Source: Bacteroidota bacterium (GTDB lineage Bacteria > Bacteroidota > Ignavibacteria > UBA10030 > UBA6906). Taken from it: a stretch of 64,000 bases of DNA. Positions 26,279-35,722 of this stretch are shown piece by piece. The stretch covers positions 8,655-72,654 of the forward strand of contig JBFLYO010000016.1 in NCBI GenBank assembly GCA_040756745.1, written 5' to 3'. The position numbers were made by a program, and so were the translations under genes. The notes under the pieces were generated by a model. The model was not told the DNA's origin. It searched no databases and saw only the letters and a program-made list of their open reading frames with translations. Numbering within the stretch: the first letter of the stretch is position 1; each line of letters begins with the position of its first letter.

Positions 26279-28180
26279 TCACTGGTTCTCGTATTCTGCG
26301 GCGGTTTTGATTTCCGACTTCTTTCCGAAGTACCACATGAGGGCGCCGAAGATGACCATGATCGCAACCAGTGCTCCCATGATCCACGCTTCGCCGGGGT
26401 CGATGTCGGAGAACAGGATGAGACTCATCAGGAGCCCCATGACGATCGTGGTCCCGCCGACGAGTGGGAATGTCGAGACCTGTTTCTTCCCGGCGCCGAA
26501 GACCTCCCTGGCCACGTTCACCGGCGTGTCGAGCTTGCGGAAGAACTCCTCGATGATCCTCCGCTCCTCCTCCGTCTCCGATGCAAAGAGCCGTGCGAAG
26601 CCGTACAGACTCACGGCGAGCACGACGGCACTCACGACCGCCAGGATCTTCTGCCATTCCTGCGCACCGGACGGGAGGGTGCCGTTGAACAGCAGGAACG
26701 TCGCGAGCGCGACCATTATCGCGGCGACGACGAGCAGGCCTTTCTTCCCCCTGTACCATTGCCCGAGGCGGTGCGATCCCACAAAGATCCCGAAAGACAT
26801 CACGAACGCAAGATAGACCTGAGGGCCAATGTCCCAGCCGAGCGCATACCTCGTCGTCGCTCCGACCACAAGCCCCCAGACGATCGAAGCAACCGCCGAC
26901 CATTTGGGGACCCGCCGGAAGAGAAGACCGAAGGCGGTCGGAACCACGACGGGAATATTCAGAAGCGTGAAAAATGCCTGCATGAGGTTGAAGATGCCGA
27001 ACTGGCTCGTTACAAAGATCACGGCCAGCGTCGTCACGATGAGTCCGAGTGCGACGGAAAATGATCGTCCCACCTTCAGCAGCCCCGTGTCCGTCACTTC
27101 GGGTCTGACCCAGCCCTGGTAGATGTCGCGCGACAGGATCGATGATACCATATTATAGACGGAGCTGAGCGTGCTCATCGTCGCTGCGAGCATCGCCGCC
27201 AGGAACACCCCGATCAGTCCGTTGGGGAGCAACTTGAGGCAGAGCGCGATGAAGACGAGATCCTGCGGATTGCTCCCCACGTAGGGCTTGAAAAAATCCA
27301 CCTGGGAGAGATCGGGCCAGATGACGCGCGCGACGAGCGGCGGAACGCCGAAGACGAACGGCACAGTGAGGAAGAGGCCGCCCGCGAGCTTCCCCACCCG
27401 TTTTGCGTCCCGTTCGTCCTTCACGCTGTAGAACCGCTGTGCCGCGCCGGCCGCCGTGCCGAGACACATAATGATGAATATGGAGATGAGCCAGTGCTCC
27501 GTATAGTGCACGCCGTTGTACGTATGATCCAGCGAGAGGGGGGGGAGTGCGCTGATGAGGTTCGCCGGTCCGCCGACCAATCCGAGTGCGAGAGGCATCA
27601 CGAGGAACGTGATGCTGAGGAGAATCGCCCCCTGCACGACGTCCGTGATCGACACCGCCCAGAGCCCACCCATAAACGTATAGACGAGGATGACGACGCC
27701 GGTGACCACCGTGACCATGGTGATGTCCAGCCCCATCACGGGGGCCAGCAGCTTGCATGTCGCGGCGAGCTGGACGCCTGCGGAAAGTGTGAAGTTCAGC
27801 GAGATGACCAGGCTGAGGAACTGCTGCGTGGTGAAATTAAACCGCGTATAGGTGTATTCGACGGGGGAGATCGAGCGGGTGCGGCGCCAGCGTGAGGCGG
27901 TGAGCTGGGATCCGGTGTAGTACGAGACCGACCAGGTCCCGAAGTAGAGGATCGCGAACCACCCCGTCGCGTACGCAAACCCCGCCGCGCCGGTGAACGT
28001 CCACGCGCTGAAGTTCGCCATGTAGAGCGTCATCCCGGATACCCACCAGGGGATCATGCTGCCGCCGGCAAAATACTCCTTCGCCCCCTTGTTGATCTTC
28101 ATGAAGTACAGCCCGATGCCGAGCATGAAGAGAAAATAACCGGCGATGACGATGTAGTCGTAGACGTTTACCGCTTTCAT
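26279..28180 (-). CDS. sodium:solute symporter (SSS) family transporter, paralog 1
   Basis: 633 aa and highly hydrophobic. N-terminus YDYIVIAGYFLFMLGIGLYF...YFAGGSMIPWWVSGMTLYMANFSAWTFTGAAGFAY is typical of the SSS family. 4-nt overlap with the upstream paralog. Confidence 0.85.
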   Translation of the reverse strand: MKAVNVYDYIVIAGYFLFMLGIGLYFMKINKGAKEYFAGGSMIPWWVSGMTLYMANFSAWTFTGAAGFAYATGWFAILYFGTWSVSYYTGSQLTASRWRRTRSISPVEYTYTRFNFTTQQFLSLVISLNFTLSAGVQLAATCKLLAPVMGLDITMVTVVTGVVILVYTFMGGLWAVSITDVVQGAILLSITFLVMPLALGLVGGPANLISALPPLSLDHTYNGVHYTEHWLISIFIIMCLGTAAGAAQRFYSVKDERDAKRVGKLAGGLFLTVPFVFGVPPLVARVIWPDLSQVDFFKPYVGSNPQDLVFIALCLKLLPNGLIGVFLAAMLAATMSTLSSVYNMVSSILSRDIYQGWVRPEVTDTGLLKVGRSFSVALGLIVTTLAVIFVTSQFGIFNLMQAFFTLLNIPVVVPTAFGLLFRRVPKWSAVASIVWGLVVGATTRYALGWDIGPQVYLAFVMSFGIFVGSHRLGQWYRGKKGLLVVAAIMVALATFLLFNGTLPSGAQEWQKILAVVSAVVLAVSLYGFARLFASETEEERRIIEEFFRKLDTPVNVAREVFGAGKKQVSTFPLVGGTTIVMGLLMSLILFSDIDPGEAWIMGALVAIMVIFGALMWYFGKKSEIKTAAEYENQ

Positions 28181-30117
28181 TTGGCCTCCGTTGCGGATTG
28201 CGCCCGCCTGCCTCCCTGAATTCTATGAGGCGGGCAGGGATCGCGGATTTCGGAACGCCGCCCGAAAAACCAGAGCGATGCACCAAAGACCGCCATCATC
28301 GCGATCAACGCGGCAACGACAGTCCGCTCGGTGTCGGTGAGATCGGTCAGGAACACCAGGCAGAGAAGCCCCGCCATGATGAGCATCGTGATGCCGACCA
28401 GCGGAAAAATCGATATCTGCTTCTTCCCTGCACCGAACACCTCCCGCGCGACGTCGACGGGGGTGTCCAGCTTGCTGAAGAATTCCCTGACGGTCGCGCG
28501 GTCCTCGTCGGTCTCGCGGGTGAACAGCCCGGCGAAGAAATAGAGACTTATGCCAAACCCCGCCGCCGAGAGCCAGGCCAGCGGCACGACCGCGTCAACC
28601 AGAGGATTTACGATGGCGTTGGTGAAGAGCAGACCGACAGCAACGGTGACGATCGCGGCGATCATGAGGAGCATGGGCTTGCGCTTCACATAGAGCTGGG
28701 CCGTCCACCGGGAGGTTGCAAAGATCGCCATCGTCAGGACGATCGCGAGGTAGACCTGCGGGCCGATGTCCCATCCGAGCAGGTAGCGCGCAGTGACGCC
28801 TGCGAGAAGCCCCCACGTGACCGCAGCGACCGCCGACCATTTCGGCACCCTGCGGAAAATCAGCCCGAACGCCATGGGAACAGCAACCGGGATATTGAAG
28901 AGCGTGAAGAAGGCCTGCATGAGGTTAAAGATGCCGAACGTGCTGGTCACGAACACGACTGCGAGTCCGATCACGATGATCCCGATTCCCAGAGAGGCCC
29001 TCCTGCCTACGCGCAGCATCTCCGCATCATCCAGCCGCCTGCGCGCGATCGCCCCGTACATGTCGCGCGCGACGATCGACGAGACCATGTTGTACACCGC
29101 GCTGAGGGTGCTCATGGTCGCCGCCAGCATTGCCGCAATGAAGACGCCAATAAGCCCGTTCGGCAGAAACAGCAGGCAGATGCCGATATACACGAGATCC
29201 TGCGGATTGCTCCCGGCATACGGTTTGAAGAAATCCACCTGCGCCAGGTCCGGCCAGAAGACCTTCGCCACCAGCGGAGGCACGCCGAAGATCACCGGGC
29301 CGAGGAGAGAGAGAACACCGGCAAATATCCCCACCTTCAGCGCCGACTTCTCGTCCTTCACCGAGTAGAACCGCTGGCCGCCACCCGACGCAAACCCGAT
29401 CGTGGTAATCACGAACATGGCGATGAGCCAGTGTTCATTGTATCTGACACCGTTGTAGACATGATCGAGCGAAAGAGGGGGAAGCGCCTCAAGCAGCTTC
29501 ACCGGTCCTCCCACCAGATGGAGACTTAGCGGGACCACGATAAACGTCGTGCACAGAAGAATCACTCCCTGCACCACATCGGTCACCGATACGGCCCACA
29601 CGCCGCCGAGGAACGTGTAGAGGAGGATGACGATCCCGGTCACCAGCGTCACGGTCACGATGTCGGCCCCCATCACCGGTGCGAGAAGCTTGCATGTGGA
29701 CGCGAGCTGGACGCCTGCCGAAAGCGTGAAGTTCACAGAAATCACCCAGCTCACAAACTGTTGCGTGGGAACGTTGTACCGGGCGTACGTGTATTCGACC
29801 GGCGAGATGGAACGGGTCCTTCTCCAGCGCTTCGCTGTCATGAGCGAGCCGAGGAAATAGGCGAACCCTCCCGTCCCCCACGAGAGCAACATGAAGAGCC
29901 CAGTGGTGTAGGCGAACCCTGCCGCACCGGTGAATGTCCAGGCGCTGAAGTTGGCCATGTACAGGGTCATGCCGGAGACCCACCAGGGGATCATGTTTCC
30001 GCCGGCGAAATACTCTCGCGCCCCTTTGTTGACGCGGATGAAGTAGAAGCCAATCCCGAGCATGAACAAGAAATAGCCCGCGACCACCAGGTAATCCAGA
30101 ATGTTGACGGACTTCAT
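28177..30117 (-). CDS. sodium:solute symporter (SSS) family transporter, paralog 2
   Basis: 646 aa. Co-linear homolog of 26279..28180 (tandem duplication). Start overlaps the upstream aminotransferase stop (ATGA). Confidence 0.85.
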   Translation of the reverse strand: MKSVNILDYLVVAGYFLFMLGIGFYFIRVNKGAREYFAGGNMIPWWVSGMTLYMANFSAWTFTGAAGFAYTTGLFMLLSWGTGGFAYFLGSLMTAKRWRRTRSISPVEYTYARYNVPTQQFVSWVISVNFTLSAGVQLASTCKLLAPVMGADIVTVTLVTGIVILLYTFLGGVWAVSVTDVVQGVILLCTTFIVVPLSLHLVGGPVKLLEALPPLSLDHVYNGVRYNEHWLIAMFVITTIGFASGGGQRFYSVKDEKSALKVGIFAGVLSLLGPVIFGVPPLVAKVFWPDLAQVDFFKPYAGSNPQDLVYIGICLLFLPNGLIGVFIAAMLAATMSTLSAVYNMVSSIVARDMYGAIARRRLDDAEMLRVGRRASLGIGIIVIGLAVVFVTSTFGIFNLMQAFFTLFNIPVAVPMAFGLIFRRVPKWSAVAAVTWGLLAGVTARYLLGWDIGPQVYLAIVLTMAIFATSRWTAQLYVKRKPMLLMIAAIVTVAVGLLFTNAIVNPLVDAVVPLAWLSAAGFGISLYFFAGLFTRETDEDRATVREFFSKLDTPVDVAREVFGAGKKQISIFPLVGITMLIMAGLLCLVFLTDLTDTERTVVAALIAMMAVFGASLWFFGRRSEIRDPCPPHRIQGGRRAQSATEAK

Positions 30118-31400
30118 CTTTGTGTTCGCGTTGTGGCAGTTTTCACCCCCTCGAGGACACGATCGACTTCGTCCGGCATATTGTAAATGTGCGTCGAGAC
30201 GCGCAGCGCCGCCATCCCCCCCTCACCGACAGGTCGCGTGCGCAAGTTGTAGGTGGTCAGGTGATTCTGGAGCTCCAGGTGAGGGAGCGCCTCATGCGAA
30301 AACGTGATCATCGCGCTTCGCATGTCATCGGCTTCGGGCGAATGCACCCTGACGCCGGGGATTTCCCGCAGCCCGCGATAGAGCCGCGTGGAAAGCATCC
30401 TGTCGCGCTCCCACACCTGCCGGATGCCGATACGCCGGATAAACCTGACCGCCTCCCACAGTCCAACCCGCAGTGGGACGTTCACGGTCCCGTACTCGTA
30501 CCTCTGGGCCGAAGGGTGGAAGGCGAGCGTCCCCTTGAGGAAATCAAAGCCACCATCGGAATACGCGCCCACCGAGGTCGCCCTCACGGTGTCGAGCATT
30601 GCGCGGCGCACATACAGTACCCCCGTTTCCTTGGGACCCATCAACCACTTGTGTCCGCTGGTGGCGTATGCGTCACATCCGATCTCATGCAGGCTGAACG
30701 GGAACATGCCTGCCGTCTGGGCGCCATCAACGAAGAACCAGATGTTCCTGGCCCTCGCCATCGTTGCGATGTCGCGTACCGGGAGAATGAGCCCTGTTGT
30801 CGTCACGGCATGGGGGACGGAAATCAGCCGGGTCCTCTTAGAGAACAATGCGGCGATCCGGTCGAGATTCTCCTGCTGCGACTGGATCGATGGTTCAAAC
30901 AGTCTCAGCACCACCCCGGTCCGTCTGGCAAGAGCAAGCCATGGGAGTGCATTGCCCACATGTTCATGGGTGGTCAGGATGACCTCGTCGCCCGATCTGA
31001 GAGGCAGCCCGTTGGCGACGATGTTGATTCCTTCAGTGGTGTTCCGGGTGAACGCGACCTCATCGTCGCCGCAGCCGAGGAGGGACGCGATGTCTGTCTT
31101 GATCTCCTTCCAGAGCTGCTCGTCGCGGCCGGTTTCGGAGATTCTCTCGAGCTCCCGCATCTTTGTCGTCACCGCGTCGATCACGGCATAGGGAGACGCA
31201 CCGAGTCCGCCGGTATTCAGATAGGCCCGGTCACGTTCCAGAGGGAACTGTTCGCGGAGGAACTCCCAGAACGACTCATCGGCCGGGTCGCCGGACGGCC
31301 AGGGGGGAGGAGACGCGGCGGCAGTGCCGGCCGCGAAGGGGGGCATGAGCATTGCGCCTGCAGCTGCGGCACCGATCCGCACGAATGTTTTCCTGTTCAT
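30114..31400 (-). CDS. class V PLP-dependent aminotransferase-fold enzyme with N-terminal export signal
   Basis: 428 aa. Signal-like N-terminus MNRKTFVRIGAAAAGAMLMPPFAAGTAAA. Class V aminotransferase / cysteine-desulfurase fold with the PLP lysine motif SGHKWLMGP. Confidence 0.7.
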   Translation of the reverse strand: MNRKTFVRIGAAAAGAMLMPPFAAGTAAASPPPWPSGDPADESFWEFLREQFPLERDRAYLNTGGLGASPYAVIDAVTTKMRELERISETGRDEQLWKEIKTDIASLLGCGDDEVAFTRNTTEGINIVANGLPLRSGDEVILTTHEHVGNALPWLALARRTGVVLRLFEPSIQSQQENLDRIAALFSKRTRLISVPHAVTTTGLILPVRDIATMARARNIWFFVDGAQTAGMFPFSLHEIGCDAYATSGHKWLMGPKETGVLYVRRAMLDTVRATSVGAYSDGGFDFLKGTLAFHPSAQRYEYGTVNVPLRVGLWEAVRFIRRIGIRQVWERDRMLSTRLYRGLREIPGVRVHSPEADDMRSAMITFSHEALPHLELQNHLTTYNLRTRPVGEGGMAALRVSTHIYNMPDEVDRVLEGVKTATTRTQR

Positions 31401-31517
31401 AGCTCGATCTCCATTGCTACCGTTGATCCTCTCCGCGGATAAGGAATCAGCAGCGTCAGGGCCGGTGTCTTGATAAAGTCGCGGCGGTTCATGAGTTTGC
31501 TATCGATTCGGAATTAA

Positions 31518-31536
31518 TGGTTCGCCGTTAATCGGA
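31518..31536. repeat. 19-nt motif GGTTCGCCGTTAATCGGAT (copy 1 of a direct repeat)
   Basis: An identical motif with one substitution occurs at 33892..33910. This copy also has an imperfect inverted partner ATCCGATTACTTGTGAACCG at ~31576..31595. Confidence 0.5.
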
Positions 31537-31620
31537 TAGCCGGGTTAACAGATAACTGTTGACTGTTAAGATCGATCCGATTACTTGTGAACCGCGATAG
31601 ATGAATACAAGATGGCAACA

Positions 31621-33852
31621 TCAGAGATTCGCTACCACTCTGACCCTCCTCCCCTTCCCCGGATACGCCATCTCTATCCTCCCATCCTTCATTGCCACCG
31701 GCCTGCCATCGACGGTCGCGCCGGGAGGTCCGCCATTTCGCCTGACCTCGAGCTCAATCGTCGCACCGCGAACATTCTGCGTCGTGTGCAGCGCCGCAAT
31801 CGCTTTGAGCGGCTTCGGGCGGATGACAAGCCGGTCGATTTCTGGCCTTATCCCCGCGAAGTGACTGACAAAAAGGAGGACAAACTCCGCCCAGGTCCAG
31901 CCGACCACGCAGACCGGTGGGGCCGGCGGCGTAATGCTCGGCCCGTAGCGCTCGAACCAGGCGCCTGCCTTTCCGCCATGCATATCGTTGAGCCAATGGA
32001 GCGCACGCCACACTTTTTCATCGTTCCCCGTCTCAGCATAGGCGCGCGCCACGAAGAGCGTCGCAAAAGGCCAGGGGGCGGGGGGATCGGGCTCGCTCGT
32101 GGTGTTGTAGCGCGAATATCCGCCATGCGTCCAACTCTGATTCCAGAGCGATTCCATTGATTCGAGCGTCGCCGCGGCAAGGGGGCTCTTCGGATCGACC
32201 ATCCCGAAGACCACCGGCAGGACGCACGACGTGTCGGGGTCACATTCTGGTTTCTCAATGGTCGCAAGCGGCGACCCGGGGGGCATTGCGCTCCGGTTGG
32301 CGGGGATCGTGTGGCGCTGCCATCGACTGTCGCGTGTTCGTCGCTTGATGAGCGCACCGTTCTCGATCATGCGGAACTTCGGGTGCTCAAGCATCCCGTA
32401 GCGGATCTTTGCGGCCGCAGCAGTCCACCGTCGCGCAACAGCCCGATCCCCCAGCACGGAGGCCAGCGCCGCCCCCTTCTCGAGCCCGATCGCCACCCAG
32501 AACTGGTAGCTCAGCTCGAAACCGTCTTCAATGCCGAACATCTCTCCTCCCCGCTCCCAGAATTCACGCTTGTTCCTCATGAGACCCGACTCGGGATCCC
32601 AGAACACGGGCAGAAGCGGGTAATCGCCGGCGCGCACAAGTGTCTTCCAGTGTTTCCGTATCAGGGCTTCATTCCCCGTCCAGCAAAAATACGACCAGGC
32701 GCCATAGAGCAGCGCACCGTTCTGATCCAGCTCCGTCAGGTCGTACCCCGACCAGCGGCTCGACTCGACCATGCAACCGTCGGGCGCGACGGAGCGTTCG
32801 AGCGTCTTGACGAGCATTGTCCTCGCTTCGTCCGGGAAGCCGGCATGGAGAAGTCCGAGCATCACCATCATGTCGTCGCGGACCCACTCCATGTTATACA
32901 TCCAGATCCCGCTGTCCCGTTTGCCGGTGCGGCTGATCATGCCCTTCAGGCAGGTGCGGGATGCGGCGAACTGGTGGTCGAGTACCTGATCACCCGAAAC
33001 AAACGTGTTCCGGCTCGCCCAGTACGCCGACGTTGTGGCGGAGAGCGAGTCGTGCTTCTTCTTGGTGATTGCCCGCTTACCGGCATCGAGCTGATAGACG
33101 AGGATGACATTACGCATCGCCCCCGGATGCACGGGGCCCGGCGTGATGGTCAGATCATACCGGCCGGAGGTCTTGACGTTCTCTTCGAGCGCGTACAGTT
33201 TCATCGAGGCGAACCCGCGCGCCTCCACGGATTGGTCCTGCGAATTGACACCGATGTCGTCGAAGAGCGCAAAGCTGGGGACGAGCGCGACGCCGATGGT
33301 CGGTTCGACGGGGAGATCGGACGTGTTGGAGAGCGCAAGCGCTCTGAAAAGGAATCTCCCCTCACTCGGGACCCAGAGATACTCCCGGACAGCGCACGCA
33401 CCCGCCTTCCACGCCACGATCACCGTGGGAATATCGCCGGGGTAGCTCCAACCAACAGACTCGACGGTTTCCGGCGACGGCGCGTGTCCCTTCCCCTCGA
33501 TCCACACGGATGCCATGCTTCGATCTAAGCCCCGCTCCGGGTGGAAGAGGAACGTGCTCCACTTGCGGGCGAACCGTTCCGCGTCCATGATGGTGAGCCC
33601 GAGAAACGTCATCGGGCGCTCACCGGAGCGGTCGGGCATATACTGCAGTACCACCTGGATCTCGCCGTTGCCAAGCATGAAGTACTCGATGCCCGGCGCA
33701 TAGGTTTCGAAATCCTGATGGAGGCGCTGTCGATGCTGTTGCCAGTTCGCCTGCGAAGGAGCAGTCGTGTCTCCGTCCATGGCAAGATGCCCGAAGGAGC
33801 GCGGCAAGAGAGCCGCGAGGGCGGGGGCTGCAAAGAATTCGCGTCGTTTCAT
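31621..33852 (-). CDS. Tat-exported six-hairpin glycoside hydrolase, GH15/GH63-like (glucoamylase/trehalase type)
   Basis: 743 aa. Twin-arginine signal MKRREFFAAPALAAL. N-terminal beta-rich region followed by (alpha/alpha)6-like helices with a W-x-RD motif (IWMYNMEWVRDDMMVMLGL) and FWERGGE, resembling GH15-type enzymes. Family call is tentative. Confidence 0.45.
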   Translation of the reverse strand: MKRREFFAAPALAALLPRSFGHLAMDGDTTAPSQANWQQHRQRLHQDFETYAPGIEYFMLGNGEIQVVLQYMPDRSGERPMTFLGLTIMDAERFARKWSTFLFHPERGLDRSMASVWIEGKGHAPSPETVESVGWSYPGDIPTVIVAWKAGACAVREYLWVPSEGRFLFRALALSNTSDLPVEPTIGVALVPSFALFDDIGVNSQDQSVEARGFASMKLYALEENVKTSGRYDLTITPGPVHPGAMRNVILVYQLDAGKRAITKKKHDSLSATTSAYWASRNTFVSGDQVLDHQFAASRTCLKGMISRTGKRDSGIWMYNMEWVRDDMMVMLGLLHAGFPDEARTMLVKTLERSVAPDGCMVESSRWSGYDLTELDQNGALLYGAWSYFCWTGNEALIRKHWKTLVRAGDYPLLPVFWDPESGLMRNKREFWERGGEMFGIEDGFELSYQFWVAIGLEKGAALASVLGDRAVARRWTAAAAKIRYGMLEHPKFRMIENGALIKRRTRDSRWQRHTIPANRSAMPPGSPLATIEKPECDPDTSCVLPVVFGMVDPKSPLAAATLESMESLWNQSWTHGGYSRYNTTSEPDPPAPWPFATLFVARAYAETGNDEKVWRALHWLNDMHGGKAGAWFERYGPSITPPAPPVCVVGWTWAEFVLLFVSHFAGIRPEIDRLVIRPKPLKAIAALHTTQNVRGATIELEVRRNGGPPGATVDGRPVAMKDGRIEMAYPGKGRRVRVVANL

Positions 33853-33891
33853 GGGATTATGCAGCTGTAATACAGTGAGTTCTCAGTTAGT

Positions 33892-33910
33892 GGTTCACCG
33901 TTAATCGGAT
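33892..33910. repeat. 19-nt motif GGTTCACCGTTAATCGGAT (copy 2 of the direct repeat)
   Basis: 18/19 identical to 31518..31536. The two copies bracket gene 31621..33852. Confidence 0.5.
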
Positions 33911-34008
33911 CGGTCGGTCACGACCACTTCGTTGACCTTCTTCCCGCACGTTCCCCCCTGACCGCTACGATAAGGCTCTCTCCCGCTTCAACCGGAACCC
34001 ACCCCTGT

Positions 34009-34076
34009 CCCCTCCCTTGAAAAGGGAGGGGAGTCGCTGATGCCTTGTTCACCCTTCCCCTTTTCAAGGGGAAGGG
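34009..34076. terminator. two tandem GC-rich hairpins (CCCCTCCCTT-gaa-AAGGGAGGGG and CCCTTCCCCTT-ttc-AAGGGGAAGGG) at the 3' end of the 40567..34124 operon
   Basis: Two perfect 10- and 11-bp stems with 3-nt loops, 20 nt apart, 48-115 nt downstream of the stop of gene 34124..35701. No U-tract follows, so this is either a U-less terminator or a REP-like element. Confidence 0.35.
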
Positions 34077-34123
34077 GCGGGGTTAGGGTTACATGAGAGA
34101 GCAAAAAGATGTGCGAGGCGACG

Positions 34124-35701
34124 CTAATAGCTCACCACCACCTCAGCCCTCCCCTTCATCCGAATCTCCGCATCCGCATACCTGCTCTGCTCTACTCGAA
34201 TCGTCCTGAAGCGCACCGACTTTCCGTTCGCGGTCACCTTCGACGGCAGCCCGCCCTCCGGCAACAACAGGTGAAGATGAACGACTGCGGGGCCCGTGAT
34301 CGTCATCGCAATCTGCCGCGTCGATGGATCGTGTTCATATGTGTACGAAACCGCCGCACCAGACGCTGCATACCCAACGGTGACCTCGGCATTGCGCGAG
34401 CCCGCTGCCGGCCATCGCGGCGCCAGCGAAATTTCCCTCAGGAGCGATCCGCGATCCACTACACCGGCAAGCCCTTCCATCAGTGCCCACAGCATCGCAG
34501 ACGATCCCCACCCGTCGGTGGGGGAGGCCTCAGGGCTCGTGCTTGTCTCCACCGTGGACGGGCGCCCGTCGGGGAAATACCAGAGGTACGTTTCATTGTT
34601 CCGCGTGAGCTCTTCGTACTTCAGGAGCTGCTTTACCCCGTACTCTTCGAACCCATGTTCGAACGCAGCGCGCGCGAGCTCCCCGCCAACGAGCGGCATA
34701 ATGCCGCCGTTGCAGTAGGCCCCGGGGACGAGTTTCGCTTCTCCGAAGGCCCCGGCGGGGAACGGGGGATCGATGCTGAACCAGGGGGCGAACGCGCCGG
34801 TGGTCCGGCCGCGTGACTCGTACTCCCGGATGATCGATACCGCTATGGCATGTGTCGACATTCCCCGGTTGATCCCCATCGGGTTGCTGAGACTGAGCTG
34901 CGCTGTCTCGTCGACCCCGGGCACCGTGCGCGGCGTGAGCGGGACATGGTGAGTATAGAATCTTCCGTTGAAGCACACCCGGTTCGCGCGCGTGCGTAAC
35001 GCCGCCGCCTCGTCCAGCCAGTATCGGGCCCGCTTCCTGTTCTTCAAGACTTCATGGCACCGCGCCATCAGCAGGAACGCTTCGTACGTACCGGAATTGT
35101 CGCCGTGCATGATCCCCCAGAACGTCTGATCGTCGATCTGAAAGTTCAGCCAATGGTGCCTCCCGGCGGTGTAGTCAAAGTCCCACGTGTCGATGGTCAA
35201 TGCTCGCTTAACCAGCCGCGTCTTCCGGTCCCACCGCCAGGGGTCGCTCACCGAGTACGCAAGACCCTTCTCCATGTGCGGCATCATCCGTCGCAGCCAG
35301 CGATCGTCGCCGGTCGCCTGCCACGTCAGGTAGACCGCCTTGACGAAGCGAAATTCGACGTCGGCCTCAACGGGGACGCGGATGTACCGGGCCCAGTTCT
35401 CTCGCTCCGCAGGGGGCTTTTCGGGGAGCGTCCCAAAATTGTCGAAGAGCCACCCCTGCGCCGACTGTGTCTCGGCGAAGTGGTCGATGGCCCCGTTCAG
35501 CTCCTTCTCCCAGTACCGACCAGCCCTGACGATATCCGAATGGTCCCGCAACCAGATGCTCGGGGAATCCGGGGAGCGGAAGCCCCTCAGGCGCTTTCCC
35601 AGCATGGTGTACTCGACGACATCGGCCGCAAGAAAGTCGCGGATGCGCGGCACGAGCGAGTCGAGGCGAGGGGCATCGCTGCGTAAGGTCGTTTCGCTCA
35701 C
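34124..35701 (-). CDS. cytoplasmic hypothetical protein, possible (alpha/alpha)6 glycoside hydrolase (GH63/GH125/GDE-like)
   Basis: 525 aa, no signal peptide. W-x-RD motif (SIWLRDHSDIV) and helix-pair composition suggest a six-hairpin glycosidase. Weak call. Confidence 0.3.
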   Translation of the reverse strand: MSETTLRSDAPRLDSLVPRIRDFLAADVVEYTMLGKRLRGFRSPDSPSIWLRDHSDIVRAGRYWEKELNGAIDHFAETQSAQGWLFDNFGTLPEKPPAERENWARYIRVPVEADVEFRFVKAVYLTWQATGDDRWLRRMMPHMEKGLAYSVSDPWRWDRKTRLVKRALTIDTWDFDYTAGRHHWLNFQIDDQTFWGIMHGDNSGTYEAFLLMARCHEVLKNRKRARYWLDEAAALRTRANRVCFNGRFYTHHVPLTPRTVPGVDETAQLSLSNPMGINRGMSTHAIAVSIIREYESRGRTTGAFAPWFSIDPPFPAGAFGEAKLVPGAYCNGGIMPLVGGELARAAFEHGFEEYGVKQLLKYEELTRNNETYLWYFPDGRPSTVETSTSPEASPTDGWGSSAMLWALMEGLAGVVDRGSLLREISLAPRWPAAGSRNAEVTVGYAASGAAVSYTYEHDPSTRQIAMTITGPAVVHLHLLLPEGGLPSKVTANGKSVRFRTIRVEQSRYADAEIRMKGRAEVVVSY

Positions 35702-35722
35702 TTGAGGCTCCTGGGATCACAG

